NCBI RefSeq assembly: GCF_009914755.1
Contig: NC_060936.1
Length of the DNA: 64,000 nt
Strand: one strand, 5' to 3'
DNA from: the human T2T-CHM13v2.0 reference genome, Homo sapiens
Of the stretch, positions 25,401 through 41,239 are shown piece after piece. The position numbers and the translations under genes were made by a program. Each line of letters begins with the position of its first letter. Within the stretch, counting starts at the first letter, position 1. The notes beneath the pieces were generated by a model, which made no database searches, had not been told where the DNA came from, and saw only the letters and a program-made list of their open reading frames with translations.

Positions 25401-27629
25401 GATGAAAATGTGCCCTCACTTTTACCTTAGGCAGTACCTAAAAAATACTCAGATTAATCTTTTCATTGCTTAATTAATTCAAGTTGGGATCTTTTTTTTT
25501 CAGGTAGACAAAGTCTCAATGTGTGTTAGTTACTGGTGGTAAATTCAATATTTAAAGATTCATTTATACTCTTTCTCCCTGCCAGCAACTTACTGATGTA
25601 GTAAATAGAAAAGTTAATGGGATCCTAAAGTTAGTCAATAGCTAAAAATATCTGCATGTTGCTAAGCATATGATTCTTATTAATATTTTGTCATGTAAAT
25701 GTTACAGGAATATACTAGTGAATTTCATAAAAGTCTCTTAAAAAATTTAGCTGTTTTCCCAGAAATCAGTGTTTTCATTTTTAAGAGAACATGTACAAAT
25801 CTAGTAAATTCAATTACATAGTGATACTGTCTTAATACATTTATATAGTATTAAATGATATACAGAAAATTAATAAATGTAAACATTATGCCAAAGAGGA
25901 AAACCAAATCAGTTTTTAGATTTTCATGTAAAGAGGTATTGCTATAACATCATCACAAGTAACTCTATAAATCTCTGATCTCTGTCTTTTAAAGTATCCT
26001 TTAATTCCCACAGGAAAGTGTGTGAGCATGTGATGCGAGAATTGTGTGAGTGTGCACATGGAGTGTGTGTGCAGACGTATGGGTATGTATGTGTGTTTAT
26101 GCAAGTAAATATGATCGATGTTGGTGGCAGGAGATAGGAGCACTCTATATATAGATGAGAAGTAGAGTTAAATAAACTTATTTTAGTAGAAAAACGTTAC
26201 TTAATTAGTTGTTTTGGAGATGCTTTAAAATTAAGGGAAGGTTGTTACTTACATATTTTCATGTTTAGTATTTCTATGAAATTTGATAGTGTTGTTTCTT
26301 CTAAATAGCACTAATATTAGGATATTGACTATAAAATGCTATCATGAAACTATTTTTTTGTTACACCGTGCTATTTTACAATTAAGTAAAAAACTAACAA
26401 ACTCACTATTCTTTTAAAAGGCTTTTTTAGAAAAATATATTAAAAAGTACTCACTATATAAAATCAGTAAATATATTAGAAATGTAAACCAGGGTTAGAA
26501 CAACAAAATCCACTTTGTAGTTGTGATTACAAAGAATATATTCATATCAAGGTTCTAAGGTAAAAAATAAATAATTTTCTACCCATAACTTACTGTAGTA
26601 CTTGAATTTATTACAAATATATATCCACAGTAAAAAACTCTTAGTATTTATGTTTATGTTAATATATATTTATGTATTTTCCCTTCTCCTTCCTCTCTAC
26701 TGCTTTTAATTCCTTGGAAAAAAATGAGTATTAAATGAATTAGGTTTCAGTTTGGAATAAATAAGACAAAAATAAAACTTTTCTCTAAAATTCCAAAGTC
26801 ATGGGATAATTAAGTGTTAACATTTATTTGGTTAGAAAAACATGAAGGGGCAAACGTTCAAAGTGAAGTGCAGTAAATCCGCTGTACTTCCATTCATGCT
26901 AATGGGAGGTAGTTGGCTAAGTTCCCTGGACAGAGTTCCCTGGACAGTGCTTTGAACACACCCCTAATATTTAAAAAAAAAGTTTCAGAGAACGTTAAAA
27001 CATGAAATGTTTTTAGATTCTCCACTCCTTTTAAACACAACAAAGAAAAAAAAATAAAGGCAGTCAATCTTTTTCTCTTTCTTTTTAAAAAACACACATA
27101 CAAGAAGGGTATGGGAATTATTTGTTTCTGGTTGTAAAGCCCTTGAATATTAAACAGAGGCCTACGAAAACACCGTAAAATTATATGGTGCCAGGTATTG
27201 TCATTGCAGTATCTATGAAATAGTTCAAAATAAGAGTAGTTATCCTATTTAGGAAGAAAATTAATATATTTTACTTCCAAAATTGAACCACCAATATAAT
27301 TTTTCCTTTAACGAATCAGAGTGCGATTTTGATGGGCTTCCCAGTTGACAAAAAAGTAATAGGCACTTTTAGATAATATGCACATGGATTTATACTTTCC
27401 AGGGCATAGTTTAAAAATTACTGCCTATATGAGAATATATTGGTGTAGGGATGGAGGAACAGTGTGAGTCCAGCTTGATAGCACTATAGTCAACCCTTAG
27501 CTCAAATAATGTTGTTGTTTAATCAGATCTAGATGGCCTAGAACAAAGATTTTATCTGCCAGCTTTTTCCTACAGCAATCAGATGATATGCAGTGTATGA
27601 TATTCTGGTGTAAATGCTATGTATTGGTA

Positions 27630-28010
27630 AGGGTAAACGGTATTGATAAGCTCAGACATATCCAGAATAACATGATCTGAATGATACAGTGTCTAGAAAC
27701 CAAGTCATATGAGGAATGGTTAAAAGCACTGGAGATGTTTACCTGGAGAAAAAGGATTTGGGGGTTGTATCATCATGCCCGATTACATTTTAAGATTTTT
27801 ACATGTAAGAAAGATGATCTTATTCTACGTCATTATAGGGCACATAAATGGAAGCCATAGGTAGAGGTAGAGGAATATAACAGCTTACTTTTATAGAAAA
27901 GAAATGGAATTTTTTTTTAAACAGGTGAGCTTCTTATCACAAGAGGTAAACAAAATTGGTGTACAAAGAATTTTTCATTTGGAAGGAAGTTGGACTCCAG
28001 TAGTGTTTCC
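27630..28010 (+). mobile_element. CR1/L3 LINE remnant
   Basis: tctagaaaccaagtcatatgaggaatggttaaaagcactggagatgtttacctggagaa resembles the CR1/L3 ORF2 3' consensus. Confidence 0.5.
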
Positions 28011-31000
28011 TAATTTCAATTGATTTTCAGAATTCCATGTGTGTATTTTATTACTATTATTTTAATACAGAGCCCCTGAGCCATACTAAATGAATCAGAG
28101 TCTCCAAGGATATGTATCTGTTGTGGAGAATCAGTGTTTAATAATAAAAATAAAGAACTTCCCAGGTAAATGCAGTTAGCAAGGTCTAGGAATGTAATTT
28201 TCATGATCACTGTTAAGATTATTGAGTATGGTGATTTGGGAGTTCATATTATGAAACAAAAATTTTGATATATTAACATAAATCATCCATAAAATTTTGA
28301 TTATATCTGCAAGATGGATCAGTCCATATTTTTCAAGCACTTAATAACTTTGTATTAAGGACTTACCTTGTACCACATTAGACCTGAGGATGACAAAACA
28401 GTTGTGAGAAATAATTGTGGGTTTTTCTTTCAGAGAGTAGAGACTATGAACCTACACAAAGTAGGGATAATGAGTAAATAAATAATTTCAACTCATAAAA
28501 CTAGTCATTATTACAGCATTTCTAAGGTTTCCTAGGTTGAGATTTGACCTCCACCATTGGAACTATGCAATCTTGGGTGATCTTCTTCAGCTCTGTTCTA
28601 TAGTGTTACCATCCTCAAAAGGGGGATAGCAAAAGAACACGCTGTTTAGTGTACTGAAACAATTAAAAGTGTTCATAATATATTTAACATAATGCCTCAC
28701 GCATGGTAATTAATTGGTAACCATTAGCTATAATGAACATGGTCTTGAGCATCATCATCAAATGTTTAAACACCCAGAGGGCAGGCTTCAGAGAAGTAAA
28801 ATCACAATATACCGAGGATATTATCTTTTATGAGTTGCATCTAAATAAATTTACAATGTGGAAACCAACAATGTTTCTAAAGTCAAATAAAGATTTGCTG
28901 GAAATTTAAAAAAGGAAAGATCAGCAGTGGTGCTGGGGAGGGGGAAGAAATAGATATTTTGAAAACAAGATAGATCAGTAAAAATGTGTGAGGATATCTC
29001 TACCTATGGGAATAAATGACAATCTTCAAAATATTTAGGGTATCTTCACAAGCCCAACTAAAATATTGTTATCATATTTACTTTACCAGTCTGTTCTGCC
29101 CAGAAAAACATGTCTATATGTTAGAAATTATTTCATCAAAAGTAATGCATATAACGTGCTTGATCATGTCCAGATAAGAAGTTTTGATCAAAATAAAATT
29201 TGCTTTTTTATGTACTCTACAGAATATTTTTCAATTTATAGGTAGATTTATGTTAATTATGTTAGGGAGGCAATATTTTCTTAATTTATATCTATAGGTT
29301 ACCTCCCTTGCCTTTACCTTTCTGATTTTAGCTTTTTCATCTAGTTGGTGAACATATTTCTGTGCATTTGGAATATGAATGAATGATTTTAATAAAAAAT
29401 TCAAGAAACTGTATAAATCAAGCAATTCTTTAACAAACAAAATATAAATAATCCTTCTCTTTCATTATGTTGTCTTCCTTTTTTTTTTTTTAAGTAAGCA
29501 AGCAAAGTTCACTTTCATTTCTGAAAGCTCTTTTATCAGACATGTGACTATGGTTTTTGCCGAGTAGCACAATGTGTGTGATTGAATGTCAGAGGAAAAT
29601 CACGCAGATGAAGTTAGAAGAGGTAGTTTGACAGAGTAATGACATTAGCAGCCCTCTTGTTGGTTTGATATACATAACTCAGCAATCACTGATACCAGTC
29701 ATTATGTTTTGCCTAAAGTGGAACACATATAGTAGAATGAGCCAGAATTAGAACATAGCCTGAGACAATTTAAGGATTAACAAAATATGCAAATCATATA
29801 TATATATAAAATATATATGTTTAGATATGGATATGTAGATTTCTCTCTTTGTCTCTTTCTACATATGTATATATTTAACAACTTTAAAGCAGCTTATACA
29901 TATATTTATATAAAGAATTATTTTTTAAGACAACCCAGATATGTAAGCACCTTGCCAATCACTGAAACCCCACCTAAAGGTTGAAATTACTTATTAAGGT
30001 TTTTCTCTTACGTTTTGAACCTGGTTAATCAGTCCTTTCTTGAGTGACAGAGTACCTTTTTACCAGTGTGATCTAGAAGATTTATTAACATATTTTTTGC
30101 TCTTATTTGAAAATTAGTTGCCATAGAAAGTACAACTCAAGCATGGGTATTGTAAGACTACACCAGACCTTATATGTAGGTGCCTGGAATCTTTATGTAG
30201 AAACAAATATAGGAAGACATATGTGTCCTACTCATTGATGATTCTACTCTTACATCATGATTTTAAAAGATAAGGAAACCTGATGTGATTAACATGTGTA
30301 TTGCTGCTATGTTCTAGTCCAAATGTATTATAATAATGTTGCTAAAAGCATTCAGTTTTATTTCATCTTCAAAGGGCTGCATCATAGTATTACTATCCCA
30401 TGCAACATTTTCTTTTTTTACCTTCCCCAGCTCCTGCCATTTGTCATGATTTTCTCTGAGCTTCCCAGTAACGTATGGGGTTCCTGCTTTTGTTTGTTTA
30501 AATAGCTTGTATATTAAGATTGAGATATGTCCTACTTAAAATTCATGTTACATAAGGTCTATATCATGTTTCTTTTACATGCTAGTAACTTTAGATAAAT
30601 TTGTACTTGTTAATATTGCATTGAATTGTTTCCTGTGGAGATTTAATAATACGAAGTGTGAATATCTCGGGTGTGAATGATAAAGCAGTTTCTACTCTAT
30701 AGGAGTACTATATAACACAAGAGTAACTGCATTATACTCATCTGATGTTTTTGCTAAATAGTTGCACATCTTTCTCAGCTATGATTCCATTATTTGGTAA
30801 AGGCCCATGTTTTAAAATTCTAACTTTGTTTTACATGTCACATGTCTGTTTCAAATTCATTATATCATACATAAATCACAGAATAAATTTTTAAAATATG
30901 TATATTTACATATTTTGTAATTTCCCAGATTCTCAGAGCTGTTTCTTCAAGACTATAGGATACGAAAAAGCAATAGGAGGGCAAACATGTTCCAGAATAA

Positions 31001-31499
31001 GTTTGATCAAAAATATCTTTGCAGAACAGTCTATTGTCAGCAATGGTTTCCAACGAAAACTGCCACACCAGGAGTCCCAGTTAGAATTTTTTTTAAAAAT
31101 GCATTTGTGTCATTTTGTTTAGAAAGAAAAAAACTATCTTTAAACTTAAAACCAGATTTTAAACTACTTTTCTAATCGTATGAATTGGTCATGACTCAAT
31201 CTTCCAGATTCATTTTTAAAATCATGACTATGAAAATAATACTTTTTTATAGGAGATAGACATGTTTGAGAGTACGTTATGTGGCCAAGAATGTGAGATT
31301 TGTTGCTCTATTTCAGTATAACAAACTAGAAGGATCTCTCAAGTAATTATTTTTTAGTCATTGTTGTATGTAATTACAGACCACCCAATAGGAGCAAACA
31401 ATGAATAGTTAACCAAATTTAGTAAATACAACTTAACAAAAGTAAGAGAACAAAAGTGAGAACATGTAAATGTAATATTTGTTGTTTTATATATTCCAG

Positions 31500-31820
31500 A
31501 TTCAGAACAATTTGTGGGCAGGAAATGCAAGTGGTGGTTCTGTGGTTACTTCATGCATGTTACCACGTGACACTTCCTCCTGTATGACACCTTATTCTCA
31601 CTCGCCTCGGACAGATTCCAGTTACACGGGGTTTTCAAACCACCAGAACCAGTTCAGCCACGTGCCCCTCAACAATTTTTTCACTGACTCTCTTCTTACT
31701 GGGGCAACCAATGGACATGCATTTGAAACAAAGCCAGAGTTTGAAAGGAGGTCTTCCAGTATCGCAGTTCTTCGAATGAAAGCCAAGGAGCACACCGCCA
31801 ATATTTCATGGGCCATGTAA
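31500..31820 (+). CDS. ALX1: ALX1 coding exon 4, with OAR (aristaless) motif at 31752-31793
   Basis: Acceptor ttccag|ATT. Contains [14 protein letters not shown] and ends ISWAM-TAA. Exon sum 226+305+129+321=981 nt = 326 aa + stop. Confidence 0.97.
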   Translation: MQNNLWAGNASGGSVVTSCMLPRDTSSCMTPYSHSPRTDSSYTGFSNHQNQFSHVPLNNFFTDSLLTGATNGHAFETKPEFERRSSSIAVLRMKAKEHTANISWAM

Positions 31821-32135
31821 CATACAGTACTCTTTTATTTTTCTTTTAATAGCAAAGTTAAACATTCTTATTTCTCATATTTAAAGGATACCACAATAAG
31901 CTGCTGTGTGTGGAATTGCTAAAGGTCAAGATATTCAGTGAGACCAGCTTAAATGAATAGTTGTTATTTAACATTAAAATCTAAGAATGAACCTCTGAAA
32001 AGACTAAATAGGTTTACCATGTGCCAGTCTCCACAAACCCTGTTTTAGTAGTAAGGTTTTCTTTTTCTATTGTACAAGTCAATGAAATATGATCACGCAA
32101 CTTATTAAAGAATAAATGTGTTAAACAAATTCTTC
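31821..32135 (+). other. ALX1: ALX1 3' UTR (~310 nt, AU-rich)
   Basis: Lies between the stop codon and the poly(A) signals. The end position is inferred. Confidence 0.7.
32104..32116 (+). terminator. ALX1: Tandem polyadenylation signals ATTAAA + AATAAA
   Basis: ATTAAA at 32104-32109 and AATAAA at 32111-32116, followed by U/GU-rich sequence. Confidence 0.75.
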
Positions 32136-34874
32136 TGTTATAGATTGATTTATGTTACTTCTGTATAACAAGAAATCTCATGTAAAATAATACCTGATAA
32201 AGAAGGAAATGCACTGGGGAAAATGTCAAGATGCCAAAGTCGTCAGGTAAATATTGAATCAGGGTGTTCTGGGGAGTTAACTGCTCTCTCTCTCTCTCCA
32301 AAAAGCAGTGGGCAAAAACCCTGTTGCTGAGAATTTATTTTCAAGCCTCATTTTTGTTTTTGTTTTTACCCTTTGATGTTTTAGTGAATTTCCACTCTGT
32401 TAAACAAGGGATCTTTTAAAATAACCAACATTCGCATGAGATATTTGGGCATGGTTTCCTGAAGCCACATGGCTAAAGGTGATAACTGAAGTATTCTGGT
32501 GTGATTGAAAATATAGTCATGGGAGCGGACTTTATAAATGTCATTTTTCCAGTGAAGAAGCCAGCATAGACTCAATTACTTAATCATCACAAACAAGAAA
32601 AAATTTATAAACCTTGCTGTTGCTTTTAAACTAAGATCGTGTTGATTAAACTGTGCACATAAACCACTAATTAATACTACACTGAAAGTAACATTTTCTG
32701 TTAAAGCATCAGCGAGTTGGAATTTATATGTATTTTGTGGGTATGTGCATGCTTACATGCATGTGTGTTTGTTTCTCAACATATTATGCCTTAAGCATTT
32801 TTTGCTACTGTGGTTTTTGCATAGAGAATTAAAATGTCAGAAAGCTTTCTAAAATTTCTGTTGGAAAAGAAGAGAAGAAAAATACGTTGCATCTGGAAAA
32901 TTGCTAACCCCTTTGATTTACTTCTCCTCCCTTTACCCTGTCACATTCCAAGCTTTTTCAGATGAGTGAAATGTCAACCTCCATGAAAGATTCTTAAGTT
33001 CATAAAGGCAAAGTAAATTAATTGAAATGAAGATGACTTCCATGGCTCAGATTAGAGCTGAGCTCTTTGTACTCTGTAGAATCTTCTTGTGGTTCCTGCA
33101 GACTTTAGGAATATGCTTGGGAGCTCTAATGACTAAAGGACGAGAATAAATGAATTTTAAAATTAAATTTTGGAAAAAGTACTTAAATCCCGTAAGTGTA
33201 TCTTCTTAGTGGGAAAATATTTATAGCAATTAAACATCTTTTGTAATAAAATTTTAAATCAAGCTGATGATAGAAATGAGTAATGTCCTAAACAAACATT
33301 CCCTGACTTCATAATACTTTATTCTTTATTACTTTTGTGTTCCCTTTCTTTATTTTTGTTTCTAAAAGAAATGTGTTCAATTTGGCTGTGAGAATTATGC
33401 TTTCATGCAAGATCTTTTGTTAAAAGTCTATTTAGGCAGCTGTTAAATATCCTTTATGGTTTTAGAAGAGAATGACTTATTTTCATATATATTCATATAT
33501 GTGGTTAATAGGAATTTGTGAACTAAAACTTAAAACAAAAAGGTAAGATTTTCTTTTCAAAAATTTCACAAATTAATAGTGTTCATTTTCATTTTCTTCC
33601 TCTTTAATTTAAATTTTAGTATCCCTTGGCTAGTACCATATATTTTTCAAATGAGAGACAGAAGTCATATTGTCAAGTTCAAATTTCATTTTCTTCCTCA
33701 GTTTTTCTAGTCTTTTTCTCCTTATACTTAATAATTAGGTAATAATTAGTTGGAGCTTCTATAACTATTTTTTCAATTGAAACATCTTTTTAATTAAGGT
33801 TTTACATCTATAATTCTCTGTATAATTCACATATTTTAAAAACATAGATGAAGGACTATTTGCAATAATAAAATAAGTAATGGAATCATAGTTCTTGTCC
33901 TTTATGAGTTCACAATCTTCCTGGACAAACACATGCCTGAAGTTTTTACCCTCAGCCATGCCTCAAATTGTATTATGGCAGTAAGAATCTCATGAATTTT
34001 CCTGTGTTAACATTCCAACTTCCTTTTTTACACAGTGAATTTTTATTATGTATTCAAGTTGCCAAAAATAAATAAAATGAACTTTTGATATAATAGGGTA
34101 AGATAAAGCTAAAACAAAGTACATAAAATGAATTTCCTGAATTTTCTCTTGCTCCTTCTGAATTTAAGTTTCAATACTAGAATTCATATTGATGTTATAT
34201 ACTTTTCTTAAGAGAAAAAACTAAGGAACATTTTACTTACTTTTATTTGGGCTTATTATTGATAGTATTATTGGGAGTTTTGGTACAATAAGTAATTTGA
34301 ACCACATGGACATTTGTTCCCATGGCTATCTCATCCCCTATTTGCCCCTTCCATACATTTTCCTTGCATACATGGTTTAAAAGATGCTTCTTGTACTCTT
34401 TTTCTTGAGCAACATGGTTAACCCTTGAACCTCATGAGGAGAGATAAATTTATGGGAAAATTAGGTAAGGTTGCAGTTTCTTAAGGACAAAATGAAATTT
34501 AAGAAATGGTTTATAAATTTTTGAAAGTGTCTTATTTATTTTTTATGAATATTAAATAGTAAGTATTTTATTCTTACATAATATCTTATGAAAGTAGAAA
34601 AATAAAGTCACTGCAGTCTTTGCCCTGAGTCCTGACAACATATCTTAAAGGAATAACAGTTATGTAACCTATATAACCTTGAGGAAACTCATGAAATTGT
34701 GTGTATAAATTATGGGAATGTATTAGTTTCATCCTTTCATCTGACTGCTTATTTTGCCTTCAAGGGAGGGATAACAGGCAGACCATTTGACTTAACACAG
34801 TTCCTCCCAAGATGATATGCAATTGTTTACTTTTTGTCTCTTTACTTTCTTCTCTCAAATACCTTTGGACTTAA

Positions 34875-35324
<450 letters not shown>

Positions 35325-38300
35325 TAATGCTGTTCTATATATAATGCTATAGTTTTAGTTAACCAGCAACTAAAAAAATGCCTTGGATGAAATAAGAAGT
35401 GAAAAGATCAATTACAGTGTTTATATAAGCTTTGAAAATTTTAATTTCCTAAATTTATCAGTGGCTCTTATTTCTGTCTTTCAACATTTAATTCAGATAA
35501 TATTCTATACAATAAGTAATTATGTTAGCATATTTTGTATTAAAATATTTGTCACTTATACTACCAAATATTTTAGGAGAAAAATTTAAATGATCTTATT
35601 TTTAAAATTCCAGTTGGTGGTGACCTCTCTTTTCTCTAATTAGAATGTAAAAATATATCTTTATTACTTAGCTCATAATTGTTCTCTTTAACCTATTTCT
35701 ACTTTTAAAAATTAGGCATTTAAAACTTCAACAGATATTATTTCCTTATAGAAATTCATATATTGCATTGACTAAGAAGTATGACTTTTTGCAAGATAAT
35801 CTACTTATTAAAGTGATATATTAAATAATATTTTAGCTCTTGGCCTCTAAGTCCTATTATATATATTTTATATACGCCAGGTAGTATTAAATAATTTCAC
35901 TGGTGGTCAAATATGCAAATGAAGTCATAAATGAAATACCTAGCAGTACAGCTCCATTTATGGCCCAAAATCTCAAAAATGATTAAATGTGATATTTTAT
36001 AGCACATAGTAAATGCTGAAAGAGGTTTTTTTTGTTTCAGTAATTCTCTTTATATAAGCATATTGTCATTAATCTTGGAAATGTACTGCAAGATGGTGAA
36101 CAATGCTTCAAGACAGGAACTAGCTAATTCTTCAGTTTTACTGAATAAAATAGTAAAGAGCTGAAAGAAGCCCTTTTAGTGCCTTGTTATTCTTAGAATT
36201 GCATACCACTAAGCGTTTTCCATGTCCAAGGGGCAAATAAATGATTTCACTTGAAAATTTCATCATGACTCTATTTTATAGTATGTTTTTGATTTTTTTT
36301 TAAAAAAGAAACCTTATGTACTGAAGTTTTTTCATGTGTCTTCACATAATGTATACTTGCAATATTTATTTTACCTGTTTACCTTGAGGTAAAATTTAAA
36401 GGCTTAAGAGAATAATCCAGAACAATTGTTAGCATTGTCAAAACATGACAGCTTTTCAGTAGGAGGCAAAAGGACCCCCCTACGAGCTATTTACACAGTA
36501 AATAGGAGAGGATGCCTGTCTGAATATAATTTAGAGTTTCCATGAACTGAGATGGAAACTAATTAAATCTTTATTTTCACTAATACCTGGAATAAATCTT
36601 AGCATTTTCTTTCATTTAGTATATAGACAATAGATGTCAGTAGTATTCGCAATACCTGTGAATTTGTCCCCAATAGAAAGAGTAGATATTTTCATGAAGT
36701 TATTGTAGATTCCTTGCAATAACTATAATTAAAATTCATAATTTGATTAAGGCAGTTTTCAAACATGACTTCAACATTGACATAGTTTTAGCTCTGTTAC
36801 TGGCTCTTGTTGATCTGTCATAAAGATGCACAGATATCACTACATCGAAGAGTTAGTTTTGTAACTATTTGGATGCCTCTATTTGAACATACTTGGTTTC
36901 GCTCCTAAGCCTATGCATTTTCTTTTACTTAAAATCATTTTCTAAGTAAGAATTCACAGACTTTACTGAATTGCCAAAAGTGTTCGTAGGATATTCTCTT
37001 TTGCCATTATTTTCACTCTGAATACGTTGACTATTTTTAGGGTTTTCCTTCTTAATATTTAGTCCTCTTCCTACCTCACTAAAAAAATATTTCTAAGGTG
37101 TTTCTATGAATATTTTTTCCTGACTTTTTTTATTTGAACCAGAAAACATATCCACAAGGGTAGCTCCTTTAAAAAGTTGCATAAAGTTTTAAATTAACAG
37201 AGCACTTTCATATTTATTTTCTCACTTGACTTTCACAGTTCTGTGACAGTGGGTATAATTATCATCTCCCTTTCACATTATGAAGAAACTTAGGGTCAGA
37301 GAGTATAAGGATCTCCTGTCAAAAGCATCTCCTGCTGCCTCCTTATCCTGCAGACTTTTTTTAAGCTATGAAAAAAAAATAATTTAGATATGCATTTTAA
37401 AAGTATTTTATTGTATTCTGTGAAGTACTTAAATGAAATTCCTTTAAAATAGGCTTTAATTTTTCCTTCTGTTAAGTCAGTGTTAGACTTCTTTCTCTTC
37501 ATTTATGAATTTTTAAATTCAGTTTTGCTCAATATACCAAACATTTATTGACAACCCACTTTGATCCAAGACCTTAGAGAAACTAACATGCTGGTTGGGG
37601 AGACCAGAGAGTCAAACAAATAATTACAGTATGACATGAACATGTCTCAAGCAAAATGCTATTGGAAAACAGGTAAGAGATTAATTAATTTAATATTTTA
37701 TAGGTCATGGAAGAGTACAGAGAAGAGATGACATTTGAAACAGACCTTGAAAGATGAATATGAACTTATAGAAATGACATTTTCTCTCTTTTTTCTTTTA
37801 AATAGAACCCAAATAAGTTTAGAAAAGCTATGTTCATGCTAGTTAAAATATTTGTAATCCTTTAAGATTTGTATCATTCCACAACTTTTCTCGAATTTTA
37901 AATATTTCATTTTGTTTTTATTATTATGTTTATTAACTGGACCAAAGTTCTCAAGCTCAACAGAAAAATGTTTTTTTATTCAATAATTTTTTTCAAGTTT
38001 TCTATAATAATATTAATTTAAACAAAATGTGCTGAGCTCATACTACAATGTACTATGCCAGCCATGGAGGTTATGAATAAATTCAAGCCACGGACTTTGT
38101 TTTCAAGGAATATTCACTTTAGTTGGATGGGTGACATTATTGAAACTTTCATAATATGAAAAAATAGCATACATATTTTAATAGATCTATATATATAATG
38201 TATAACAAAAAGTGGTAAAATTATAAGTGCACTTCAAAATGCACATCTGTAGAAAGCTGATAGTAAAGTTCAATAAGAATAAGGTTTCACCCTGGTATAT

Positions 38301-41239
38301 CCCTTGATCTCTGACCAAAAAAAAGAGAGAGAGAAGATTTTGAGGTCATTACAGGAAAAATACTCCCTACTCCATGAATGGGAGAAGAAAAAGAGGCAGC
38401 TGGGTATTGCTTTTGTGTCTTTAATTTAACTCTTTGCCCCACCTGGCTAAAGTCTGTCTCACTTTATACAAAACTGTTTTCTAAATTGTATAAGCCGAGT
38501 TTTAATGGAGGAATAGGTATCTCTTATCTAAACTCCTCTATTCCCAGCTGTGATATTGATTGATGTTTTTAAAGTCCTGAGGAGCTACCCTTGTGGATAT
38601 GTTTTCTAGTCCAAAGAAAAACAAGTCAGGAAAAAGGGAATCATAGGAACACCTTAGAAATATGTTTAATGACCTAGGAAGAGAACTAAACGTTAAGAAA
38701 AGAAACTCTAAAAATAGTCAATGTATTCAGAGTGAAAATAATGGCAAAAGAGAATTTGCTAGGCTCATGTAGTTACATGATTCAGATTAGCATTTGTAGC
38801 TGTGTGAAGATTTCATAGATTTAAAGTTCTTCATGTGACGTTTCCATTGGCTTTGGCTGAAGTCACTATTTGGCAGAACAGAATCAAGATTCTGATGCCA
38901 GATATGTCACCGATGATCAGTTCCATCTCACCTCGCAGTTCTCAGAGTTCAAATCAATTCAGCAAATATTTATTGAGTGCTTATGGCTGCTGACTTTTCT
39001 AAGTCAGAGAAAAGTAATGAGATGTTAGTAAAATGTGACATGTCTCGGGTTAGACAGCCACAGATATAGAAAGCCACTATCATCATTGCTATTTTAAACC
39101 AAAAGTTTAATTAGATTGCATTAATAACACCAATAGTGTACATTGCTTCGAGTTACCATAATTTCCACACTGGATTCTTATTTTTAGCTACAGAAATCAC
39201 TGGATATGAACTGAAGTCCCCAAGGCTTGACTTATAGGTAAAAGAACACCATCCCTCATCTAGCATCAGTTATGTATATTTCTAACAGCTCAGCTGAGGG
39301 ACAGCATTAAGCCATTATATAAACTAATTGGGTTAATTCTGCTCTGGAATTTAGGCAAATAATGTAACTGAGATAAACAAAAGGTCACTTATGCATCTAC
39401 TTGTACACATTTATCTACACTTCTTATTTATACTACTAAATGCTTAAAACAACACTAGGCTATAAATTTGCCTTTTCTTTCTGATTCTCTTGGCAGGGTT
39501 TCTTACATGCTTGACTTTTAAAGAGTGGAGATCGGTCTCCTCTCAAATAAATAAGAAAGCAGTGGAAGGAAACAACTGCAGCTACAAAGTAGTTCTAACC
39601 CATTAAACGCAGATGGCCCACAGGGGGTTTAATCATCAGGAGCGAACACACATCACACTGAAATATAGAGCTGTTTTCTATCACTTGTTACCATTTGAAT
39701 GTCTGTCTCAAGAAAGTGAATTCCATATATCTTCCTGGCCATCAGTTGCCCTTTGAATACTCCTCTCTCTGATGTAGCTAGATTTCTCTTCAGAACTTAC
39801 TGAGATGAATGAGCTCTTGCCACACGTAGAAGTGAAAGAAAACATTTCTTTCTTTGCCAGAACAGATGAGATTCGTCATTAGGAGAATGGATTTGACCTT
39901 GTAAAGTGGACCAAAGCAATTAACAAACAAATCCCTTTGGGGCAGATTGAGTTTATTCTAGTCCTTTAACAGAAGCTTTTTTTTTTTTTTTTAGTACTCC
40001 ACAGCAATCTTGTAAATTCATGGAATCTGAGCACAACAAAATCGAAAACACGGAATTTAAAAAATCATCTTCTATTTAAGCCTTTCCATGTAAGAGAATT
40101 TAAAGGACACTTAAAAAAAGGCACATAGGTTTATCCTCAGATACCATATCAACAAGTCAAATTAGTCAAGAAATCAAGAAAGAAAATAGATAAAACCAAT
40201 TTGATAGCATCATATAAAAGAAAAACTAGAGATCAGCATTAAGGTCTATTGCAAAATGAGGAAAAACCCAATTTTAGGGCAATTTACCGTACCTAAGGGA
40301 AAGATTAATTGTACTTTGCGTCTCATACTCATTGTATGAGCTTCTTTAATATATTTATCTCTTATTGATGATGTCCCTTCTGTAGTGTCTTTCCCAGGCT
40401 TTTTATCTATGTCTTGTTCTTTTTAACTTTATTTTCCGCTTTCCTGGAGCCTATACCTAGCTAAAGTCCATTCTTCAAGTTTAAAGTCTTATGTGACATT
40501 CATGGAAAGAGCAGCTACCAATTCGTTGGACAGCACAGTAAGTAAGCAGCTTTCTTACTTTCCCTAGAGTACGTATTTAGCTAATGCTATTAAAGTGAAT
40601 GACACAATCTTGAGTAAACCCAGCTGATAAACCCCATGGAAGCTGCTCATCTACCATGGGCCTGCAACACTTTGGCCTTGCTCTTTTATTTGTCTTTCTG
40701 AGTTTGTAAACCATTCAGCAATTTTGACACTTAGATGCAAATTGAAAGTTATTATTTTAACCCCTAAATAACCTAGTCAGTTCAAAGCATTAATAAAAAA
40801 GCATTTCTTCTTTTAAAATTTTGTACTTGTATTAATTTTTTTGTTTTGCAAAGTCTGCTTTTTCAAAATCCAAAAATAGGTCAAAGGAAAGATATCAGAC
40901 TAGCAAAAGATCTGAGGTCTCAATATATTTGCAAACTTTTGGGTGCTTTAAAAATTTTATTATTAATGAGGAAAATATTAAATCCACTTATTTTTAATTT
41001 TTATTTCTTTTTACCAGTAGGTGGCACTGCACAGATGTAAGAGATATTTACATTTAATGTGATTTAGGGGACAAGAGAATCATCAGCAATGCTAGCTGGT
41101 GTGAAATTCCCTCCAATAGAGTTAGCTCTTAAAGTATTGTATCTGGGAGTCCCAACAGTTGTATAAGGGAAGAACATAAATTTATTAACACTAATTTTAT
41201 TGATCAAACACTATAACAGTGCTCACTATGTGACAGATG

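Noticed and set aside
31923-31929. AGGTCAA, a miR-192/215 7mer-A1 match in the 3'UTR
   Set aside because: A single weak site; cannot be distinguished from chance without conservation data.
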